Shown here piece after piece: positions 54,925 through 61,208 of a stretch of DNA of 61,208 bases. Numbering within the stretch: the stretch's first letter is position 1; each line of letters opens with the position of its first letter. This DNA comes from Alphaproteobacteria bacterium. Its GTDB lineage: Bacteria; Pseudomonadota; Alphaproteobacteria; RF32; CAG-239. A model generated the notes under the pieces. That model was not told the origin of the DNA, did no database searches, and worked only from the letters and a program-made list of their open reading frames with translations. Where the stretch lies: the NCBI GenBank assembly GCA_045633825.1, contig JAZQZB010000033.1, positions 1 through 61,208 on the forward strand, written 5' to 3'. The position numbers and the translations under genes were made by a program.

Positions 54925-57315
54925 ATGAAATTTACATTATCTTGGTTAAAAGAACATTTGGATACGGAAGCAAGTGTCGATAAAATTGCCGAAACTCTTA
55001 CCAAAATCGGTTTGGAAGTGGAAGAGGTTATCAATCCGTTTGAAAATATGGAAGGTTTTTCAACAGCAAAAGTTGAAGAAGTAGAAGATCATCCGGATTC
55101 CGACCATTTACATGTTTTGAAAGTTAATGACGGTAATGAAGTGTTGCAAATTGTTTGCGGTGCGCCGAATGTTAAACAGGGTATGATTGGTATTTTGGCT
55201 CATGTCGGAGCATATATTCCGTTGTTTAACGAAAAAATTAAGGTTGGCAAGGTTAGAGGTGTTGAAAGTTTTGGTATGATGTGTGCTGAAGATGAAATCG
55301 GCGTGGGAAGTGATCATAACGGTATTATAGAACTTCCTCAAACAGCACCAATCGGATTGAGTTTGGCCGAAGTTTATAAGGCTGATCCGGTAATTGAGAT
55401 TGCAATTACTCCGAACAGAGCCGAATGTTTGGGCGTTCGTGGTGTAGCCAGAGATTTGGCAGCAGCCGGTTTGGGTAAATTGAAACCATTAAATATTGCA
55501 AAGCATAACAGCACATTAACATCACCAATTAAAGTAAAAATTGAAGATTTTAAAGCTTGTCCGACATATGTGGGACGCTATATCAAAGGTGTTAATAATA
55601 AAGCCGAAACTCCGAAGTGGATGAAAGACAGACTAACTGCAATCGGTTTGCGTTCTATTTCGCCTTTGGTGGATATTACCAATTATATCAATTATGATAT
55701 GGCTCGTCCGCTTCATGTTTTTGATGCAGACAAATTAAAAGGTGATATTTGTGTGCGTATGGCTAAAGATGAAGAAGGTTTTATATCTTTGGAAGATAAA
55801 GTTTATAATCTTGATAATCAATCTTTAGGTATTTGTGATGATGAGGGGATTCAATGTCTTGCCGGTATTATGGGAGGTAATTCCAAAGGATGTTCGGAAG
55901 ATACTGTTAATGTATTTGTAGAATGTGCTTCTTTTAATCCGGTATGTATTGCTAGAACAGGCAGAAAATTCCAAATTGATTCGGATTCTCGTTACAGATA
56001 TGAAAGATGGGTTGATCCGAAGTCTAATATATTGGGCTCGGATTATGCAACAGATTTGATTTTGCAAATTTGCGGCGGGGAAGTACATGAAATGGTAATG
56101 GCCGGTGATGAAAATTATCAGCCGGTTACAACTTATATCAGACCGGAGAAAGTTAAAAATTTTATCGGTATGGAAGTAAGTGCCGCAAAAATTAAAGAAA
56201 TATTGACTTCTCTCGGCTTTGAAACCAAAGAAGAGGGGAATAGAATCGTGGCAACTGCTCCTACTTGGCGTGGAGATATTGAAGGTGAGCACGATCTTAT
56301 AGAAGAGGTCGTCAGAATGATAGGTCTTGATAATATTAAGGCCGAATCTATGCCTAAAGCATATTTTCCTGTGCAAACATTGTCGCCGGCTCAACGTAGA
56401 ATTGTAACCATAAAACATGATCTTGCATCAAGAGGAATGTTAGAAACGGTTACTTGGAGCTTTACCGATTCAAAATTGGCTAAAGATTTCAGAAAAGGTA
56501 ATGAACCGATATTGGTTTGCAATCCGATTACTGCCGAAATGGACGAAATGCGTCCGTCTGTTTTGGTTAATTTATTATCCGGTTGTAAAAATAATATTGC
56601 CAGAGGATATAATAATGTTTCTTTGTTTGAGGTCGGTCCTGAATTTTATGGGGTAAAACCGGGTGAACAAAAGTTGGTCGCCGGCGGTATCAGATGCGGT
56701 CAAACATCTAAAAAACATTGGTTAAAAGATGAACGTCAATTTGATGTATTTGATGCAAAAGCGGATGCTTTGGCGGTTATTGCGGCTGCTAACGGTCCTT
56801 ATAATTCAGTTAGAATTTCGCTTGATGCTCCAAGTTATTATCATCCGGGCAGAAGCGGTGCTTTGCGCTTGGGGGCTAATGTGGTAGCATATTTCGGCGA
56901 ATTTCATCCGTCAATATTGAAAAAGTTTGGTATTAAACAACGTGTGGTTGCTTTTGAAGTGTTTGTTGATAATATTCCGCTTCCTCGTGTTAATCAAGAT
57001 AAAGCCAAGAAAAAACTTGAGTTGTCACAATTCCAGCCGGTTGATAAAGATATGGCCTTTATCGTTGATAAATCGGTTAAGGCTGATGATGTTGTTGCAA
57101 GCGCTAAAAATGCCGACAAACGATATATTGCTGATGTCAGAGTATTTGATGTGTATGAAGGTGAAAACCTTTCAGAGAGCAAAAAATCGATTGCTTTGTC
57201 GATAACTTTCCAACCGGTAGAAGCTACATTTAGCGATAAGGATTTGGAAATTTTGATGAGCAAAGTTGAACAAGCTGTTAAAACAAAATGTAATGCGCAA
57301 TTACGTGATGCATAA
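54925..57315 (+). CDS. pheT: Phenylalanine--tRNA ligase beta subunit
   Basis: 796 aa. MKFTLSWLKEH N-terminus, tRNA-binding OB, B3/4 and FDX-ACB regions. Confidence 0.95.
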   Translation: MKFTLSWLKEHLDTEASVDKIAETLTKIGLEVEEVINPFENMEGFSTAKVEEVEDHPDSDHLHVLKVNDGNEVLQIVCGAPNVKQGMIGILAHVGAYIPLFNEKIKVGKVRGVESFGMMCAEDEIGVGSDHNGIIELPQTAPIGLSLAEVYKADPVIEIAITPNRAECLGVRGVARDLAAAGLGKLKPLNIAKHNSTLTSPIKVKIEDFKACPTYVGRYIKGVNNKAETPKWMKDRLTAIGLRSISPLVDITNYINYDMARPLHVFDADKLKGDICVRMAKDEEGFISLEDKVYNLDNQSLGICDDEGIQCLAGIMGGNSKGCSEDTVNVFVECASFNPVCIARTGRKFQIDSDSRYRYERWVDPKSNILGSDYATDLILQICGGEVHEMVMAGDENYQPVTTYIRPEKVKNFIGMEVSAAKIKEILTSLGFETKEEGNRIVATAPTWRGDIEGEHDLIEEVVRMIGLDNIKAESMPKAYFPVQTLSPAQRRIVTIKHDLASRGMLETVTWSFTDSKLAKDFRKGNEPILVCNPITAEMDEMRPSVLVNLLSGCKNNIARGYNNVSLFEVGPEFYGVKPGEQKLVAGGIRCGQTSKKHWLKDERQFDVFDAKADALAVIAAANGPYNSVRISLDAPSYYHPGRSGALRLGANVVAYFGEFHPSILKKFGIKQRVVAFEVFVDNIPLPRVNQDKAKKKLELSQFQPVDKDMAFIVDKSVKADDVVASAKNADKRYIADVRVFDVYEGENLSESKKSIALSITFQPVEATFSDKDLEILMSKVEQAVKTKCNAQLRDA

Positions 57316-57336
57316 AATTTGTTTTTATATGTAAAA

Positions 57337-57365
57337 GAAAAGCCCCTTTGAAAGGGGCTTTTTAT
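57337..57365. terminator. Bidirectional intrinsic terminator between pheT and nagB
   Basis: aaaagcccctttgaaaggggcttttt. Confidence 0.8.
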
Positions 57366-57367
57366 TA

Positions 57368-58156
57368 TTATATGCGATTTTCGGTATCTTTGAAATATTT
57401 TGAGGTTGAATGGGATAGTTTTTTTGAAGCATCTTCATCACAAATGATAATTCCATATCGATGCATCTGTAAAATTGATGCCGGGCATTTGTGATTTATC
57501 GGATCTTCAATGGTTGATTTTATGGCATTTGCTTTGTTTTCACCGGTTGCCATGATAATTACTTCTTTGGCATCCATGATTGTTCCGATACCGATTGTTA
57601 AGGCTTGGGTCGGCACTTTGGAAATATCATTATCAAAGAAACGAGAATTATCTTTGATTGTTGATGTTGCTAAAGTTTTGATACGAGTTCTTGATGTTAG
57701 AGAAGAAAACGGTTCATTAAATGCAATGTGTCCATCAGTTCCTATACCGCCTAACATTAAATCTATACCGCCGTATGCTTTGATTGCATTTTCATAATCT
57801 TCACATTCTTTGGCATAATCTTTTGTCATACCGTCTAAAATATGAATATTTTTAGGGTTGATGTTAATGTAGTTGAAAAAATTTTCATACATGAAATAGT
57901 GATAACTGTTTTTGTCATCGGGAGAAAGGCCGATATATTCATCCATGTTAAAAGTTACTACATGTTCAAAAGATATTTTTTTATTTTGGTATAGTTTTAT
58001 AAGTTCTTTGTATACTCCCAAAGGTGTTGAACCTGTCGGTAAACCAAGAACAAAAGGTTTTTTTGCCGTCGGTTTGGCTTTTTTTATACTGTAGGCAATA
58101 TATCCGGCAACCCATGTAGCGCAATCAGCCGCATTATCTTTTATTATAACTCGCAT
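57368..58156 (-). CDS. nagB: Glucosamine-6-phosphate deaminase
   Basis: 262 aa. GLPTGSTP, GIGTDGHIAFNEP. Confidence 0.92.
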   Translation of the reverse strand: MRVIIKDNAADCATWVAGYIAYSIKKAKPTAKKPFVLGLPTGSTPLGVYKELIKLYQNKKISFEHVVTFNMDEYIGLSPDDKNSYHYFMYENFFNYININPKNIHILDGMTKDYAKECEDYENAIKAYGGIDLMLGGIGTDGHIAFNEPFSSLTSRTRIKTLATSTIKDNSRFFDNDISKVPTQALTIGIGTIMDAKEVIIMATGENKANAIKSTIEDPINHKCPASILQMHRYGIIICDEDASKKLSHSTSKYFKDTENRI

Positions 58157-59313
58157 TATATTTTTCCTTTTACAAATTGTCCGTTAATTATTGTGTGAAC
58201 AAGATTTAAGTCTTTGTCCAAGACTATAATATCGGCATCATATCCGGGGAGTAATAATCCTTTGTTTTTTTGTTTCATTATTTGTGCCGGATTTGTTGAA
58301 GCCATGCGTACGACTTTTTCAATCGGAACACCCCAATTTACAAGATTTCTGAAACCGTCTAACATTGAAATTGCCGAACCGTTGATAATGTTGTCTTCTT
58401 TGCGATAGAAACATTTGTCTAAATATAGTTCCGAGGATTGTGATAAATTTGTTTTTGCCGGATAGAGTGCATCGGTAACCAGAACAATTTGACTTAACGG
58501 TTTGCTTTTTATTAATAGATGAATAAGATTAGGGTTGATATGAACTCCGTCGCCGATAATTTCACAAGAAATTTCAGGGTGTATCAGTACGGCTCCGACG
58601 ACGCCCGGTTCTCTGTGATGCATCGGACGCATGGCATTAAATAAATGGGTTACATGCATAATGTTTGCCTGCATACCTTCAAGCATTTGTTCGTAAGTGG
58701 CATTGGTATGTCCGGCTTGCAAAATGATGCCTTTTTCGTTACAAAATAATGCTAATTCGCGCATTTGTTTTAATTCCGGCGCAACGGTCATATTGATAAT
58801 TTTGTTTTTTCCTGCTTTATACAATTTGTTCATCAGTTTTAAATCAATAGGATAAATGCCGTCGGCGGATTGTGCTCCGATTTTTTCAGGAGACAGAAAC
58901 GGACCTTCAAGGTGGATACCTAAAATATTGGCACCTTTTTCTTTGCCTATGGCTTTGGTAATAGCTTTTATTTTTTCGATAAGTAAGTCTTCTTTGGCGG
59001 TACAACATGTGGGAATAAATGATGTTACACCATATTGAGGTAAGACTTCGGACATGTGTAATATTGATTTATAATCAGCGTCGTCGGCGCCTTTGCCCCC
59101 GATACCGTGTATATGGGTATCTATTAGACCGGGTATTATATAGGCGCCTTTGACATCAATAATTTTTACTTTCGGAGAAAATTTTTTATTTTTAAATCGT
59201 TGTTCGTTATATACGTCGGCAATTTGATTATTTTTTATATATACTGCACAATCACGCATTATGGAATATCCGGTAATAACTGTTGCGTTGTGCAAACAAA
59301 TTGCTGTTTTCAT
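58156..59313 (-). CDS. nagA: N-acetylglucosamine-6-phosphate deacetylase
   Basis: 385 aa. DTHIHG, LEGPFLS, HLFNAM. 1-nt overlap with nagB (TAATG). Confidence 0.9.
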   Translation of the reverse strand: MKTAICLHNATVITGYSIMRDCAVYIKNNQIADVYNEQRFKNKKFSPKVKIIDVKGAYIIPGLIDTHIHGIGGKGADDADYKSILHMSEVLPQYGVTSFIPTCCTAKEDLLIEKIKAITKAIGKEKGANILGIHLEGPFLSPEKIGAQSADGIYPIDLKLMNKLYKAGKNKIINMTVAPELKQMRELALFCNEKGIILQAGHTNATYEQMLEGMQANIMHVTHLFNAMRPMHHREPGVVGAVLIHPEISCEIIGDGVHINPNLIHLLIKSKPLSQIVLVTDALYPAKTNLSQSSELYLDKCFYRKEDNIINGSAISMLDGFRNLVNWGVPIEKVVRMASTNPAQIMKQKNKGLLLPGYDADIIVLDKDLNLVHTIINGQFVKGKI

Positions 59314-59328
59314 TATATAATCCTTAAA

Positions 59329-59991
59329 TTAAAACTCAATTCTTACGACAACTCGACGATTTTTTAAGCGATTTTCGGGAATAGGTTCTCCGTAAGGGTT
59401 TTTATTAGGATAGGCCGGTGAAATTTCAGCTAATCCGACAGCTTTGAAACGATTAATATCCATATCGCTTGAAATCATTTCACGTGTTACGGCTCCGGCA
59501 CGAGCACCTGATAATTCCCAGTTTGAAGGAAGAGTTTCTGATTCTTGAGTGTCATCAGTATGGCCTTCAACAACAATGCGATATTTTTTATATTTGCTTG
59601 AGTTTAGGAGCAAAGATATTTTTTTTATTGTCGGAATAGCTTCTTGTTTTAATATAAAAGAGCCTGTGTCAAATAAATTTACGGATGTCATTTCTAAAGT
59701 TGCTCCATTAGCATCTGAAGATATGATAACTCCTTCGTCCTCTAAATTCATGTCTTTGGCATCGTTAATAAAGCTTATGATGTTTCCATCATCTTCTTCT
59801 GCAACTCCTTGTCCGAAAGCTGCTGCTAATGCATATTGAATTTGTGCTGCTTTGTTTTTATCGATTGATGAAGAGGCAAACAACACAATAAATAGTGCTA
59901 AAAGCAATGTTAAAAGGTCGGAATAGGGAACAAGCCATGTTTCGTCGGCATGTTCTTCGTGAGGCGGATGATGAGGTTTTTTCTTGACCAT
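59329..59991 (-). CDS. motB: Flagellar motor stator protein MotB
   Basis: 220 aa. WLVPYSDLLTLLLALFIVLF TM/plug. OmpA-like C-terminus NRRVVVRI. Confidence 0.85.
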   Translation of the reverse strand: MVKKKPHHPPHEEHADETWLVPYSDLLTLLLALFIVLFASSSIDKNKAAQIQYALAAAFGQGVAEEDDGNIISFINDAKDMNLEDEGVIISSDANGATLEMTSVNLFDTGSFILKQEAIPTIKKISLLLNSSKYKKYRIVVEGHTDDTQESETLPSNWELSGARAGAVTREMISSDMDINRFKAVGLAEISPAYPNKNPYGEPIPENRLKNRRVVVRIEF

Positions 59992-60015
59992 TTCTTATTA
60001 TCCTTAATTCATATA

Positions 60016-60789
60016 TTATTCATCGCGCATTGATTTGCGTTCAGCCAAAGGTATATATGCTTGAAGTCTTGATTCAATCGCTATTGATGAGGCTCCTTCT
60101 TGTAAAGCTAAAGCGCCTTCTAATACCATGCGTTTAATTTCTACTTCTTGAGCATTCATTTGTTTTAATTTGTTTGCAAACGGGTGCCAACATACATAAC
60201 CTGTAAAAATACCTAAAAGTGTAGCAACGAAAGCGGCAGCAATGGAGTGACCAAGTTGATCGATATCACTTAAGTTTCCGAGGGCCGCAATCAAACCGAT
60301 AACCGCACCCAACACGCCGAGAGTAGGTGCGTACATACCGCATTGTGCAAAAACTTGGGCACCGGAACGATGGCGTTCTTCCATTTGTTTAATTTCGGCA
60401 TCAATAACATTGTAGATAAAATCGGCATTAAAACCGTCGGCAACCATAGTCATTGCAGAACGAACAAAAGGATCGGAAACTTCGTTAGCTTTTTTCTCAA
60501 TAGCCATAACACCTTCTTGTTTAGAAGCTTTTGAGGTGGCAACAAAAAGTTCTAAAACTTCTTGTTTTGAGATAAGTCGTTGCCCGCTAAACAGTAGTTT
60601 AAAAAGCTTTGGCACTCGTTTAAGATCGCTCATGGGAAATGCGTTAAAAATTGCTGCAGCCGTACCGGCAAAAATAATTAAGAATGCGGCAGGGTTGATC
60701 AAAGCATGAGGGTCAGCACCTTTTAGCGCCATACCTACAGCCACAGAACTAATACCGCCAATAAGACCTATTAAAGTAGACTTTTCCAT
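60016..60789 (-). CDS. motA: Flagellar motor stator protein MotA
   Basis: 257 aa, 4 TM. MotA/TolQ/ExbB-type C-terminal helices (YAPTLGVLGAVIGLI). Confidence 0.85.
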   Translation of the reverse strand: MEKSTLIGLIGGISSVAVGMALKGADPHALINPAAFLIIFAGTAAAIFNAFPMSDLKRVPKLFKLLFSGQRLISKQEVLELFVATSKASKQEGVMAIEKKANEVSDPFVRSAMTMVADGFNADFIYNVIDAEIKQMEERHRSGAQVFAQCGMYAPTLGVLGAVIGLIAALGNLSDIDQLGHSIAAAFVATLLGIFTGYVCWHPFANKLKQMNAQEVEIKRMVLEGALALQEGASSIAIESRLQAYIPLAERKSMRDE

Positions 60790-60994
60790 TTTTTTTATCC
60801 TGTTTAAATAAATATTTTACTCAATGTTTATTATAAGAAAATATCCCTTAAGATTAGGTTAAAATACTTAATTGAAGAAGTAAATAAAAAGGAATTTTTT
60901 TTTGAAAAGTTGTATGAATAAAATTTTTACATACTTTAAAAAATTTTTATTGACAAAGGCAAATATAAATATTATTAAATATTTCGAATTTGAT

Positions 60995-61070
60995 GGCGGG
61001 TTAGCTCAGTCGGTAGAGCGGAGGAATCATAATCCTTGTGTCGTGGGTTCGAATCCCTCACCCGCTACCA
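60995..61070 (+). tRNA. tRNA with CAU anticodon (elongator Met, or Ile2 if lysidine-modified), CCA encoded
   Basis: ggcgggttagctcagtcggtagagc D-arm. Anticodon stem gagga/tcctt with loop atcataa. T-arm gggttcgaatccc. It lacks the initiator hallmarks (no 3 G-C pairs in the anticodon stem). Confidence 0.8.
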
Positions 61071-61086
61071 TTTTTTTATTAAGCTT

Positions 61087-61163
61087 GGTCTCGTAGCTCA
61101 GCTGGATAGAGCAACAGCCTTCTAAGCTGTGGGTCAGGGGTTCGAATCCTCTCGAGATCGCCA
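61087..61163 (+). tRNA. tRNA-Arg (anticodon UCU), CCA encoded
   Basis: ggtctcgtagctcagctggatagagc. Anticodon stem acagc/gctgt with loop cttctaa. T-arm ggggttcgaatcct. Confidence 0.8.
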
Positions 61164-61170
61164 ATTAAAG

Positions 61171-61204
61171 AAGAGGTTACACCTTGTGTGTGACCTCTTT
61201 TTTA
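61171..61204 (+). terminator. Intrinsic terminator after the tRNA pair
   Basis: 11-bp stem agaggttacac/gtgtgacctct followed by ttttt. Confidence 0.65.
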
Positions 61205-61208
61205 ATTA

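Noticed and set aside
55825-56418. 197-aa minus-strand ORF inside pheT
   Set aside because: It is antisense to the conserved PheT core.
57368-60789. nagBA-motBA same-strand cluster as a functional unit
   Set aside because: The intergenic gaps and unrelated functions make adjacency by compaction the simplest explanation. Nothing in the sequence links them beyond orientation.
60902-61096. 64-aa ORF spanning the tRNA(CAU) gene
   Set aside because: It reads straight through a canonical tRNA cloverleaf.

Overview
AT-rich (about one-third G+C by eye), tightly packed bacterial chromosome segment. Gene content and order look alphaproteobacterial and suggest a host-associated, flagellated lineage: CarD/CdnL, ApaG, RecX, hslVU, flgF-flgG-flgA-flgH, a FlaF-like protein, LolCD, motAB. 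This taxonomic call is inference only. Most of the window is housekeeping: glmM, hslO, hemW, hslVU, rpsF-rpsR-rplI, ndk, pta-ackA, recJ, uvrA, ssb, rpmI-rplT-pheST, nagBA and three tRNAs. Accessory or unusual content falls in five groups. (1) Two tandem GC-rich units ending in terminators sit at the left edge and are candidate sibling sRNAs. (2) A family of about 125-bp nested-hairpin palindromic elements occurs as tandem pairs downstream of ackA and of aas. (3) A lipid-uptake locus (tetR, aas, two diverged fadL paralogs in inverted orientation) shares a TCAATCGATTGA palindrome in three promoter regions. (4) Inside that locus, an XRE-type HTH gene and an HExxH (ImmA/IrrE-like) gene are separated by two tandem ~214-bp units. 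Each unit has its own promoter-like boxes and a strand-specific terminator. This is my best candidate for an undescribed module. (5) Several secreted or lipoprotein ORFs have no recognisable function, including a cysteine-rich beta-helix-like protein and a trypsin-fold lipoprotein with all three catalytic residues replaced. No CRISPR array, rRNA, transposase or integrase was seen. All product calls rest on motif recognition by eye; no searches were run.
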